A stretch of DNA of 62,610 bases, counting the filler, from Globobulimina sp. (Eukaryota): assembly GCA_003354225.1 (NCBI GenBank). It is 31 parts of 31 records of this genome, joined end to end, with 100 filler letters (N's around TTAATTAATTAA, not from the genome) between each part and the next. Parts side by side here need not be neighbours in the genome. Positions count along the whole stretch, not along the records: positions 48,558 to 50,479 come from PIVH01010567.1; positions 50,580 to 52,501 come from PIVH01010568.1; positions 52,602 to 54,523 come from PIVH01010569.1; positions 54,624 to 56,545 come from PIVH01010570.1; positions 56,646 to 58,567 come from PIVH01010571.1; positions 58,668 to 60,589 come from PIVH01010572.1; 25 more parts are not named here. The stretch is one strand, 5' to 3'. The translations under genes and the position numbers were made by a program. A model generated the notes under the pieces. The model searched no databases. It was not told where the DNA came from and saw only the letters and a list, made by a program, of their open reading frames with translations. This document shows, piece by piece, positions 49,898-60,689 of the stretch (the first letter of the stretch is position 1; the number at the start of each line of letters is the position of its first letter).

Positions 49898-50479
49898 AAT
49901 ATAAAAGCTTTTAGGAAATATTTAAAAAATAAACAAAGCAGAAATTTAGAAATTCATTTCATCGAAAATGGATTTCCTTTATGGTTGTCATTTTATAATA
50001 AAAATACTGCACCAAATAATTTGCCAACGGCTGTAAACAACAAAGCACGCTCAAAAAATGATATCATTGCATTTATTGATAAATTAGCTGAGGAGTGTCA
50101 GAGAGGTCAAATTGAGCCAATTAACTATGATCCAAAATATATATTAATGATATTTGGTACACCAAAAAAGGATGAATTTGGTTTATACACAAAAACCAGA
50201 GTCATCAGAAATGGCTCCTTTCACGAAAAAGGAAAAACTGCCATAAATGAATGGATACGTAAAGAAAAATGCAATATGAGAGATCTTCCGAACTTAAAAC
50301 AATACACAAAATTATTAATAAACCATAGATATATGTCTTTGAGGGATTTATCTGACTTCTTCCGACAAATAAAATTACCCGAATGTGATGCTGATTTTGT
50401 GGGATACTCCGTATTTGGCCTAAGATTTAGGGATCGAAGCCAACCATACGGTGTATCTTCAGCCCCCGGTAACTCTCAA
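49898..50479 (+). mobile_element. DIRS/Ngaro reverse transcriptase N-terminal part
   Basis: ENGF, FGTPKK...RVIRNGS, AINEWI, SLRDLSDFFRQI, SQPYGVSSAP (RT motifs A and B). Confidence 0.88.
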
Positions 50480-50579
50480 NNNNNNNNNNNNNNNNNNNNN
50501 NNNNNNNNNNNNNNNNNNNNNNNTTAATTAATTAANNNNNNNNNNNNNNNNNNNNNNNNNNNNNNNNNNNNNNNNNNNN

Positions 50580-51033
50580 TTTATATAAATGTGTTGAAAA
50601 TTGTTTCCCGCAGTTACTACAAATCGCTTTGCATTCGTGTTGGGGAATAGGTCGTATGTCAACATCATTTAATTCAAGTGCGCTGAAACGAATTGCATCA
50701 TTTTCATCTCGCCATTCAACTTGGACCATTGGGAAATCCGTAGCCCGAACAGGCGATACAATCGTTTTGATTTCTGCAATATACCATTTTCTATTACCAG
50801 GTGAACATATTTCTACATAATTACCCTCTCTCCATTTATGACGATCAAATTTCTCATTCTTATTTCGAATATTTGGTTTTATTATGTCTTTTGGTCTCTC
50901 GTTTTCACAAATTTCACATTTTGGTAATGCTGTATGGTTATTAAACGTGCAGACAGGACACATCCAAGGCTCACTGCGTACAATGCCTTTTTCGTTTTGT
51001 TTTGGTTGCTGTTTACTAAGTTTGTTTGCCATT
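50580..51033 (-). CDS. RanBP2-ZnF plus Tudor/MBT-like domain protein (partial)
   Basis: WMCPVCTFNNHTALPKCEICENERP; WREGNYVEIC...KWYIAEI. Confidence 0.65.
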
Positions 51034-51083
51034 ATAAGTTGCACCGCTTCGTAGTCTCTAGCTAGTAGTTTGACACTCAAATA

Positions 51084-51767
51084 ATGTCATTGACTAAACA
51101 AGAATTAGATTGTGTAGAACAAAGGTTTATTGACATTGTTTTCGGTTTCGCCAGAAAAATACAACACTCATTTTCATACAAAATAATAATTCCATCGGAA
51201 ATAATTTATCTTTGTTTATCATATTATTATTTCAAATATAATGGAAAATTTGTTTTAAAATACGCAACCGATGACATTAAAATTGTTTCCCCAACAAAAA
51301 TTGAATTAAAAAGCAGGGGATCAGCTCGATTGGATGCACCATTGCCATCTGGCAGAGAAACATCATGGAAAATAAAATTCCTTGATTCAGTAAATGGATT
51401 TAATGGAAATGGACTGTTTTACAGTGTTCATTTTTTTTATGGTGTAGTATCTCAAAAATGTAACAATTTCAAAAAAACTGCATATGATGGATTGACAGAT
51501 GCATTTGGCATCAGTGGGTTTACGAAGCCACATATGTTTAAAGGAAATGGATATCATCAATATGACAGCAAACAGAAGAAAATCAATGTTCAGTTTCAGG
51601 ATATTATGGAAATGAAATATAATTCATTTAAATCAGAATTAGTATTTCTTAAAAATGCTGAGGAAATATATAGGATTATGTTGCCAACCATTGATAACGA
51701 TATTGCATGGTATCCAACTGTTTCATGGCAATCAAATGCAAAAGTTTGTGAGGTGTTCTATGACTAA
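51084..51767 (+). CDS. SPRY/B30.2-like protein
   Basis: IPSEIIYLCLSYY N-terminus; WKIKF...FFYGVV...DIMEMKYN...LVFLKN...WYPTVS. Confidence 0.6.
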   Translation: MSLTKQELDCVEQRFIDIVFGFARKIQHSFSYKIIIPSEIIYLCLSYYYFKYNGKFVLKYATDDIKIVSPTKIELKSRGSARLDAPLPSGRETSWKIKFLDSVNGFNGNGLFYSVHFFYGVVSQKCNNFKKTAYDGLTDAFGISGFTKPHMFKGNGYHQYDSKQKKINVQFQDIMEMKYNSFKSELVFLKNAEEIYRIMLPTIDNDIAWYPTVSWQSNAKVCEVFYD

Positions 51768-51993
51768 GCTAGCGGAATATCGCCAGTCACTTTCATGTCA
51801 ACATAACTGCAATTCGATCACTGTACGGACTTTTTAATCTGTGCAGTCATAAAAGTGCCGTTTGTTCGGTGCGACGAACTCACCAACACTACGACGCAAA
51901 AAGTGCAAGTCTATGTTCTCATTTTTGATTCTGAGCAAATTAACTCAATATATATTTATTTAGTAATATTACAAAAAATAAACAGCACATAAT

Positions 51994-52501
51994 TTAACCA
52001 GTTATTTTTAATATGGTGGTTGTGCACATTATACAATTTCCTTTCTGTTTTGGTTGGTCATATAACTTCAATACAGCAGTAGCTGTGCCATCGGGAGCTT
52101 TTTTCGCAATAAAACTTGTCATCACTACATCCATTGGACCAATGGCAACTGGACATTTGATTCCATTATAAATTAATGTGCCATCATTAAGCGGGAAATT
52201 ATAAACATACGGAACACATCCATCCTATATTAATGTAATAATATATTATACGATAATTCGCATTACGCAAAATCGCACATAAAGATATATATAAAAACCC
52301 AGACCTCTGTAATATGTGCATTTACAAACACTCCATCTTGAATTGTTAGGTCAAAACTTGGATCAACAATGACTTCAAATGAAAACCCCGATCCTGTAAT
52401 GGTAAACTATTTTTTTTGATACATATATATATATGATAATGTTATTTATTGTACAAATGCAATTTACATACATTTTGTCCAACGGGTGGCGGATTTGGTA
52501 C
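51994..52501 (-). CDS. ML/NPC2-like lipid-binding protein (multi-exon; not in ORF track)
   Basis: Manual translation PNPPPVGQN...PVAIGPMDVVMTSFIAKKAPDGTATAVLKLYDQPKQKGNCIMCT. Confidence 0.55.
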
Positions 52502-53178
52502 NNNNNNNNNNNNNNNNNNNNNNNNNNNNNNNNNNNNNNNNNNNNTTAATTAATTAANNNNNNNNNNNNNNNNNNNNNNNNNNNNNNNNNNNNNNNNNNN
52601 NATATTATTTGGGTGAATAACAGTGTTGAATATGAAAAAAAACAAAATTAGTAAATTATTATTAGACAATGAAAACAAGAGAAATATTGCACATTTTATG
52701 GCAGGCAATTATTGTGTGATGTGAATTAATCGATTTTTGTGTTAAATGTGTTATTTTATTTTGGTACATATTGATTGGTTTGCAACTATTTGTGAATTAA
52801 CTATTTTTGTGATTGGTTTGCAACTATTTGAGAAATATTCATTACTTCAAATTACAACGTTTTTAAGTAACAAAAATCATGAAAAATGTTCAAAATAAAA
52901 TAACAAAAATACTCGTTAAAAAGTGTTCAAAAGATTAATCGTTTTGACTAGATCCAGGCAGCCAGCGCCCACTCGCCCACCCACATCAACACCCAACCCA
53001 CACCCAACCACACCTACACCCACCACCCAGCCAGGCAGACAGCGAAGTAAACAAATTCTTATTTCTAGAGTGCAAGTGAAGGACAGACCAAACCAGTTCA
53101 AGTCATTAGTCATGTATATTTTGTGAAATCTATTTATTAAAAAGCAAGTGTGAGTCAGTATCAGTATCAGTATCAGAG

Positions 53179-54501
53179 TCAGGTCAGCGCCTCGATGATG
53201 ATGCTCAATTCTTTGACAATGTTTTTAGCTTTGCAATTTTCTACAAATCTCCGATAATATGAGAAATCTTTGACAATGTTTTTGGCAGAATCTCCAATCT
53301 CGATTTTCAACAAAGTGGTGATACATTTCCGCATCAACTCCGGCTGTATATTTTGCAAATGGTTTCCAATCAAATACGGGATGACAGCTTGGTGGATTTC
53401 GGGAAGAGTCCACAGATTTAAATTTGTTGCATTTTGATTTTGAGCGGATTTCTGTTCCTCTGCACCTGGAGCTTTTTCCTCATTCTCCGCGTCCTCATTA
53501 TTATTATAAATCAGAATGCCTTCCAACAACAACTCGCACGCCGAAATCACCACATCTTCGTTTTTATTCTTGAAGAGCGGCACCAAATGTTTCTCAAACA
53601 AATTGATTATATCTCCGCTGTCCTCCTCAAATGCGATCATTTGCCGCACAAAATAATAGCCGCAGCGCAACGACGCAATTTGCACCAAAACTTGTTGAGA
53701 CTGCAAAAAGGAGACAAAGATTTGGACCACGTCTTGCTTGTACTTGGCATACAAATGGTTCTCCAGTTTGAGTTTGAGAATGAACGCCAACGAATTGAGA
53801 TCATATTCGATGGATCGCCAATCATCATCGTCCTCGTCGATATCCAGCAAATTCACCAAAAGCTGCTCCTTTTCTGGCGCCGAAGAGACGGAGTTCACGA
53901 TGGCCGCCACACATTTACTGGCCACAAAGCGCAGATTGTCGTCGCTCTCACTGCGAAACGACTCGTTCACCAGAAACGTCTCTTGAATGTCGCCCAAAAT
54001 GCTGGCTTTGGCCCTGCCGCCACAGACTAACAACACATTGCTCATCGTGCTCAGTATCGAGACGGTGATGCCTTTGTCGCCGCCGCCGTCGCCGTCGTCC
54101 GACTCTTTTTCTTTTTTGATGTAATTGTTCAAATCGCGCAGCAAATTGTCGTACTTGGTCGAGAATTGCATTAATTGCAAGATGGCCTCGCTGGCATCGT
54201 AACGCACATCGCGCGACGGGTCGTGGATCACTTTGACAAAGGTCGTCTGCAGCGGCGTATAAAAGCCCTTCATCAACGCGCCGTATTTGCGGATCAGCAA
54301 CGACAACGTCTGCAAAATGGCGCACTTCACCGTCGCCGGAAAGCGGTCCGCACAAATTCGGATCAGAGCGCCCGCGATCTTGTTCAAAAACGGCCGCACC
54401 GCCTCCAAAGTGGTGGCATTGATCAGATCCGACATTAATTTGGCGGCCGCCGCCCGTTCCTCGAAGGAGCCGTTCCGAATGCCATAGTCGAACATAGTCA
54501 T
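53179..54501 (-). CDS. GCN1: GCN1 translational activator, C-terminal HEAT repeats
   Basis: GIRNGSFEERAAAA...VRPFLNKIAGALIRICADRFPATVKCAILQTL...LQTTFVKVIHD. Confidence 0.85.
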   Translation of the reverse strand: MTMFDYGIRNGSFEERAAAAKLMSDLINATTLEAVRPFLNKIAGALIRICADRFPATVKCAILQTLSLLIRKYGALMKGFYTPLQTTFVKVIHDPSRDVRYDASEAILQLMQFSTKYDNLLRDLNNYIKKEKESDDGDGGGDKGITVSILSTMSNVLLVCGGRAKASILGDIQETFLVNESFRSESDDNLRFVASKCVAAIVNSVSSAPEKEQLLVNLLDIDEDDDDWRSIEYDLNSLAFILKLKLENHLYAKYKQDVVQIFVSFLQSQQVLVQIASLRCGYYFVRQMIAFEEDSGDIINLFEKHLVPLFKNKNEDVVISACELLLEGILIYNNNEDAENEEKAPGAEEQKSAQNQNATNLNLWTLPEIHQAVIPYLIGNHLQNIQPELMRKCITTLLKIEIGDSAKNIVKDFSYYRRFVENCKAKNIVKELSIIIEALT

Positions 54502-54659
54502 TCTCCTTTCTAAAAAAGAAAAANNNNNNNNNNNNNNNNNNNNNNNNNNNNNNNNNNNNNNNNNNNNTTAATTAATTAANNNNNNNNNNNNNNNNNNNNN
54601 NNNNNNNNNNNNNNNNNNNNNNNTTTCTTTTTGGAAGTTGTATGTTCTTCTTCAACAGA

Positions 54660-54770
54660 CCTCCCCCATGATGTGGCTACCAAATGATTTGAATGTTTGA
54701 ACCATTCCACACAGGATATTCCATCTGATGGGGGATTTCTTATTTCAAATTGGTTGGTTTCTGCTGACAT
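54660..54770 (-). CDS. BUB3/RAE1-family WD40 N-terminus (truncated)
   Basis: FEIRNPPSDGISCVEW...HLVATSW. Confidence 0.75.
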
Positions 54771-54902
54771 TTTTTATCTTCTTTTTTTAATATCCTTGCA
54801 CTCGTTTTGTTGAACGAGCTATGATTTGAACACTAAAACCGAAAAAACTTCAGATAAAACTGTGTCTAAATATCAATTTGACCAAAACATCATTGTTTAC
54901 AA

Positions 54903-55794
54903 ATGCTTCGAAAACAAAGTACGTTTTTATAATTATATGTATGTGATCAGTTGTTTATACATAATCTGATTTCTTTCAAAAGGCACAATCTGTAAAAAAT
55001 TATACCCACATCTATCACGACAAAATGCGATTGTGTCACATTCAAAACGCACATTATACAGCGTCAGTGTATTAAGTGTAATGCAGTTGAAACATTCAGC
55101 AAAGCCATCTATATATTATAAAAAGTCAATGCATAGAAATTCATGTGGATGCTATTTATGTAATAAATGCAAATTCCACTCATCACCACATTTGTATGAC
55201 GATCAACAAACACAAGAAACAGAACAAACACAAGAAACAGAACAAACACAAGAAGATATCCGTAAAAATACAGTTCAACAAACAAAAGAAACAAGAAACA
55301 CTAAAATTGATTTTATTGTTGATGAAATTTCAAAATTAAACTTATTGGAAGTTTCTCAGTTAGTCCAAACATTGAAAACAAGACTCAATTTACCAGATAA
55401 TGCTATTATGGGCGCAAACATGCCAACGAACACTGCTGTTATGGGTGTGTCTGGTCCATCAGGTGCTGATATTGGTGGCGAGGCAGGTATGCAATGCCTA
55501 TGCATAATGATGGAAAATAATGGAAATTAATGGAAATTTCTTTACTTAATTATATTCTAAACAGAGCCAGAAATTACTCAAACAATATTTGATATTGTAT
55601 TGAAAGCATATCCAACTGATAAAAAAGTAACAATTATAAAGGAAGTACGAGCGCTTTACAAGTTGGGATTGAAGGAAGCAAAGGCTTTGGTTGAAAAGGC
55701 GCCGTGCACTCTGCAGGTACAAGCACCAAAAGTTGAAGCGGAGGAAATAAAGGAAAAATTGGAAGCTGTTGGCGCTGAAATTGCATTGGATTAA
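54903..55794 (+). CDS. MRPL12: Mitochondrial ribosomal protein L7/L12; introns 54919-54982 and 55487-55564
   Basis: IVDEISKLNLLEVSQLVQTLKTRLNLPD; KVTIIKEVRAL..LGLKEAKALVEKAP...KLEAVGA; both introns keep frame. Confidence 0.9.
55207..55254 (+). repeat. 18-bp coding tandem repeat (QTQETE)
   Basis: CAAACACAAGAAACAGAA about 2.7 copies. Confidence 0.8.
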
Positions 55795-55975
55795 AGTCAT
55801 AAATAAATATATTATATTATATCTGATATATATATATTATGAATCATACTGAGTATAGCGAACAATAGATTTAGATTTTGACAACACTTGACTTGACTTG
55901 ACTTGTAAAACAACTGCCAAACTGCAACGTACATCCTAAAAACCTTTAGTTTACCTTAACTGATTTATCTTTACC

Positions 55976-56545
55976 ATGCCACAAATTCGAACTATATCTC
56001 GAACACCAGCAGACAGAATTGGATATCATCGAAACTTCTCAAGCCATGAACATCGTTTTGCAAGAGGTCGTGAGTACATTCGTGCGTTACGTGCAGCAAA
56101 ATTGGAACGATTGCATGCAAAACCATTTGTGGCCTCCTTTGATGGTCATGTTGAAACAGTATGCAAAATTGAAAAAGTGCGCAATTCATTGCCATTGATA
56201 CTGTCAGCAGATTATGACGGTGAGATACGATGTTGGGATATTAGTCAACATTTATTAAATTGGAGAGTTCAAGGCCATAATGGACGGTGTATGGGTTTAA
56301 CTGTAACAAATAACACTAAAAGCTCACCAAATCTAGTAATCTCTACCGGTATTGATAAAACAATAAAATTATGGCTGCTAAAACCAAACACAAACAAATC
56401 ATCCCGATCCATATGGAACAGAGATGACGCAAAACAAACGGATTTCTCATATATTGCAAATAAAGGCATTGATTATGGCGGTAACTCACAAAAAAGTATA
56501 ACCACAACAACCGCAACAGAAACAGCAACAGCACCAGCAACAACA
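55976..56545 (+). CDS. DCAF13: DCAF13/Sof1 WD40 protein N-terminus
   Basis: IRTISR...REYIRALRAAKLERLHAKPFVASFDGH. Confidence 0.9.
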
Positions 56546-56645
56546 NNNNNNNNNNNNNNNNNNNNNNNNNNNNNNNNNNNNNNNNNNNNTTAATTAATTA
56601 ANNNNNNNNNNNNNNNNNNNNNNNNNNNNNNNNNNNNNNNNNNNN

Positions 56646-56764
56646 TTTTATTTCACGAAAAAATATTTTTTTTACGAAAAGCAAATTTCACGAAAAGCAA
56701 AAGTCACGAAAAGATCTTTTCGTGACTATCCAGTTTGCAAAATCTCAGTAGTTGTTGCCATAGT
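56646..56764 (+). repeat. Exact 119-bp terminal direct repeat of the contig (copy at 58449-58567)
   Basis: Base-by-base identity of contig start and end. Confidence 0.9.
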
Positions 56765-56976
56765 TTAGTGTTCTTCTTCGAATGGATCCAAGTTTAATAC
56801 CAATCCAACTGCAATATGTCCGCAGTTGGGTCTTGTGATGGATCAAAGTTTCATACCAATGCAACTGAACTGTGTTATTTCCACAGTTATTAATTATTCA
56901 TATATGGACTACAACCAAATCATATTATTTCTTTTCCGATTTTGCTTACAAAAAAAACCAAACAACAAATCTGACA

Positions 56977-57285
56977 ATGTCGTTCACTCTTGCCCTCGGT
57001 TTTGGCGCATTGATAGCCTCTGTAGTAGCATTCGGAGCAGTTCCCGAACCATCCAAATACATTTTATCGTATCCAACAGGCGACAATTACCTCAACATCT
57101 CCGTCGACCCAGATCCATCCAAAAATTACATCATTCTCATCGGTGATTGGTGACCGTATCGCAATGGCTCAGAAGTGATTCAACATATCAAAATCCAAGA
57201 AGCGGTGGGTAAGAAAATGATCTCATTCTATAATAAACAAAAAGCAGAGGGCTATAATTTACTCTTTGTGGCTACAGTCGGCGAT
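56977..57285 (+). pseudogene. Secreted metallophosphoesterase (ACP5-like) fragment with in-frame TGA
   Basis: Signal peptide, IILIGDW*...IQEAVGKKM...LFVATVGD; TGA at 57151-57153 sits at the Gly of GDWG and the similarity stops before GDNFY. Confidence 0.6.
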
Positions 57286-57678
57286 ATTGATCATACTTTG
57301 TTTTATTACACCTGTAATTAGAAATATTTATTTATTACCCACAGTCAAGACCTTGTAAACTTTGTTTATTACCCATGTAATAAATATACTTTGGTTTATT
57401 ACATGGTGTAATAAAGGGTTCTTTCCGGATACACGACTGTATACCAATGAGTCTCTTTTCATGTTTGATTTCCTTTGCGATATGGCCGATATTATTTCAG
57501 GGAAGATCAATCTGGATTGTGTTCCCAATATATTTCGGATCCACAGCTGCAGACACTCAGGTCACACATTCACTCATGAATTATGAATAGTTCCGATATA
57601 AATAGATAACATTTGCCGCTTTTGGAGATATCGTATCTATCATCACTTGAAATCAACACTGAACAGACAGAGCAGACG

Positions 57679-58231
57679 ATGCAACGAAGATTTAATCGAA
57701 AAAGAAACTCATTAGTAGATCGACAAAAACAGCAAAAATACATTCAAGGAATAGCAAATTTAAACAATAAATTTAAAGCATTGCAACATCTCAAGAAAGA
57801 TTCAGATTTAACCCAAGTTAAAAAGGCATTTTCACATTTCATCGCTAATAATGGTGTATCAATCAAAGATTATGATAAAGGTTACATCATCCACATAATT
57901 TTGTGTTTTTTATTGACAGAGTTTATGTTACATCACGAAATGCGATATTGTCTGATCCTGCGATTTGGTGTACAGTTTACATTATTTGGTTTTTCAGTTA
58001 TGCAATTTGGGAATGAAAAGCAGCATCAATGGTTATCAGAAGTGTACAAAAAGGGAGAACTTGGATGTTTTGGATTTACAGAGGAACGTGCTCGTGCAAT
58101 TACAGGTGCAATTGTTGAGTCTACTTGTCAATGCACTAAAAAAGGTTTCATTTTGAACGCTGAAAAAATGTGGATTGGGCAAGGATGTACTGCAAAATGG
58201 GCCATTGTTTTGGCACGATTAATATTACAAA
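57679..58231 (+). pseudogene. Acyl-CoA oxidase/dehydrogenase fragment interrupted by a TIR element
   Basis: GVQFTLFG, LGCFGFTE, EKMWIGQG, WAIVLARL, then abrupt switch to repeat. Confidence 0.7.
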
Positions 58232-58546
58232 ATTTTGCAAACTGGATAGTCACGAAAAGCAAAATATCACGAAAAGGGGGTTACGAAAAGATCAAAATTT
58301 CACGAAAAGAAAATTAATTTCACGAAAAGCAAATTAATTTCACGAAAAGCAAATGGGTAACGAAAATTTGGATTCCTATACAAATCCTTAAGGATTTATC
58401 ACGAAAAGCGCATGGTCACGAAAATTTATTTTAATTCACGAAAATTTATTTTATTTCACGAAAAAATATTTTTTTTACGAAAAGCAAATTTCACGAAAAG
58501 CAAAAGTCACGAAAAGATCTTTTCGTGACTATCCAGTTTGCAAAAT
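58232..58546. mobile_element. MITE/foldback-like element with 28-bp perfect TIRs and internal (T)CACGAAAA repeats
   Basis: ATTTTGCAAACTGGATAGTCACGAAAAG (58232-58259) is the reverse complement of 58519-58546. Confidence 0.8.
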
Positions 58547-58758
58547 CTCAGTAGTTGTTGCCATAGTNNNNNNNNNNNNNNNNNNNNNNNNNNNNNNNNN
58601 NNNNNNNNNNNTTAATTAATTAANNNNNNNNNNNNNNNNNNNNNNNNNNNNNNNNNNNNNNNNNNNNAAGAAGAGCAGTTGTCCTTGAGAACTTCGGCGA
58701 GCGCTTGAACCTGGTAGCAAGACTTTGGCTACATGCTCACTAAGCCTGGAGACAAGAT

Positions 58759-59996
58759 TTAGGGCCGCTCGCAAAGCATTCGCCCATACCGCGGGGTATG
58801 ACTCTGCAATAGTCGATTTTTTACATTGAGGTCATTATGAGAGGGACCATGAATAATATCTCGGACCATATGACTTAAACATATGGCATCTGGTCGGACA
58901 TATCGCATACTAATATCTGGTAATTTGGAGTCACTCCAACCTACATACTTCAAAATAAGTCCGTGAGCAATACCAACCTGCGAGGCTCGTGTAGTGCCGC
59001 CAATTCTTGAGCTATATGAGGAATATCGTTTAGGCTCGAGAATATATGTCTTATTGGCAGCAAGGACTTCTTTTATGATTTTAGCGAGATAGGTGGTGTT
59101 CACAACTTTGCCACTAGACCAAACCAATACATTGTTTTCCGCAGTAAGTCGTAAATTGTGTTTACGTATTTTATCATGGCACCCGAGAGTTAACAAGAGT
59201 TGTTTCCTTCTTTTTAGGTATACTCGCAATAATATTAATGGATTGAGTAACTTGCAAGGGCAGGAATGATTGGATAACAATGTTTTATCACAATAAGAAT
59301 TGCCTACATATAGGAGCTTAGAATCGCGTAACGATTTCATGGATTTATGCGAAACAATCTGAATACGAACAAAGTGTGTGGATGGTTTGCGTGGATTGGG
59401 TTTCATAAACGTAATGTGTTTGAATTTGATGCCTCTTTTGGTTTTAGAATAAGTGGAGAGTAATAACTCCGATGGCCTGGACATTGTGAAAAAGTATAAC
59501 TGGATAATAAGCACTTTTAACAATGTATCCAATGGAATGGTATAATATTTATCGATGACACAATTGGATTGAAGGGTATATCGGATTAAATGACTCATTT
59601 TTAGGGGCAATCTCGAATCAGATGGTTTATCAAATCGCTTCAATGCTGCGGATTTAAACCGATTATATTCGTTGTTATAATTAAAAACAGAGTCAATATC
59701 CGCGGCCTGATGTAACCAAAGGAGCATGGATTGTGACTGGCGAATACAATTTGTGTTATTTGCCTGTTGAATACGGTCAGCGATCCAAAATAGCGCTAAG
59801 GAGGCATTAGTAGGGAGTTCAAAGGGATTCTCTTTTAATGTAACACAATAAAACACCCAATTTCTTAATTGGGAAATGTATTGGACTTTGGTGCCGATAC
59901 ATTTATCTAATAAGTTAGTTTCGACAATGAAATCAGCAGTCTTTGGTTTTTTCTTAGCGAGGGAGTGAGTTCGCTCAAAACGTTTTCGATACCATT
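58759..59996 (-). mobile_element. DIRS/Ngaro tyrosine recombinase with all catalytic positions present
   Basis: MSRPSELL (R), SHKS (K), YSSRIGG, YVGWS (W), SMRYVR (Y); frame open up to 59997. Confidence 0.9.
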
Positions 59997-60050
59997 CTTA
60001 AATTAAAACAAAAACAATGGCAAGTTTAAAGAGACAACATATAAATGGAA

Positions 60051-60589
60051 TTACAACACAAAGTTGGATGCATAATTAGGGTATCCTCTGCGCGCTCTCT
60101 CTTTGAGTGGCAAACGCAAAAAGTCAATGAAAGTTTGATATTCTATATTGTCATAATCAATATCGGCCAATGGATTCTGGACATTATTGATTTGCTTGTT
60201 AAGAAATTTAAATTGGTCAAAGTATAATGGTTCTGTTTTTGATTCGGATATTGCAAGGTCAAAATTATGGACAATGGACCAAAACTCATCAAACTGCAAT
60301 CTAGAAAGGGCATCGGATAAGCCATTGGTGGATGAGGATATCCAATCTATCCATGCTACGAACTTGAATTCCAGCATAAGATGGCACAATTCATAGATAA
60401 ACAGCATCAGATTATATGAGGATGACCATTTTTTACGGACCGCATAATAACATGACTCATTATCAACAAATAAATGGATTGTTTTGCCAGATAAATAGTG
60501 GCGAAACGTATATAGCGCGGAAAGAATGACATGAGACTCTTTCTGATTGATATGCCAGTTGGCAGTGTGGTAGTCATTGAACATATAAA
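60051..60589 (-). mobile_element. DIRS/Ngaro RNase H (5' truncated)
   Basis: HINQKESHVI, LFVDNES, WISSSTNGLSDALSR. Confidence 0.9.
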
Positions 60590-60689
60590 NNNNNNNNNNN
60601 NNNNNNNNNNNNNNNNNNNNNNNNNNNNNNNNNTTAATTAATTAANNNNNNNNNNNNNNNNNNNNNNNNNNNNNNNNNNNNNNNNNNNN

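Noticed and set aside
44514-50479. Apparent cluster RNaseH-YR ... gag-RT as one element or operon
   Set aside because: The pieces lie on different contigs whose proximity comes only from length sorting.
51034-51090. Divergent genes only 3 bp apart
   Set aside because: The minus ORF start is a non-ATG call; the true start is probably the Met at about 51033, or the junction is chimeric.
53434-54487. Several overlapping antisense ORFs over GCN1 (similar cases over the RBR, BEACH, TRM112 and coiled-coil genes)
   Set aside because: Shadow ORFs caused by codon bias, with no motifs.
58250-58530. CRISPR-like array of CACGAAAA repeats
   Set aside because: Units are about 9 bp with short irregular, partly repeated spacers, enclosed by TIRs, and there are no cas genes.
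1925-60689. Regularly spaced TTAATTAATTAA repeat with about 2-kb period (array-like or nanochromosome-like)
   Set aside because: Flanked by fixed 44-N runs and separating length-sorted contigs; it is a concatenation linker, and ORFs ending in X...LIN are artefacts.
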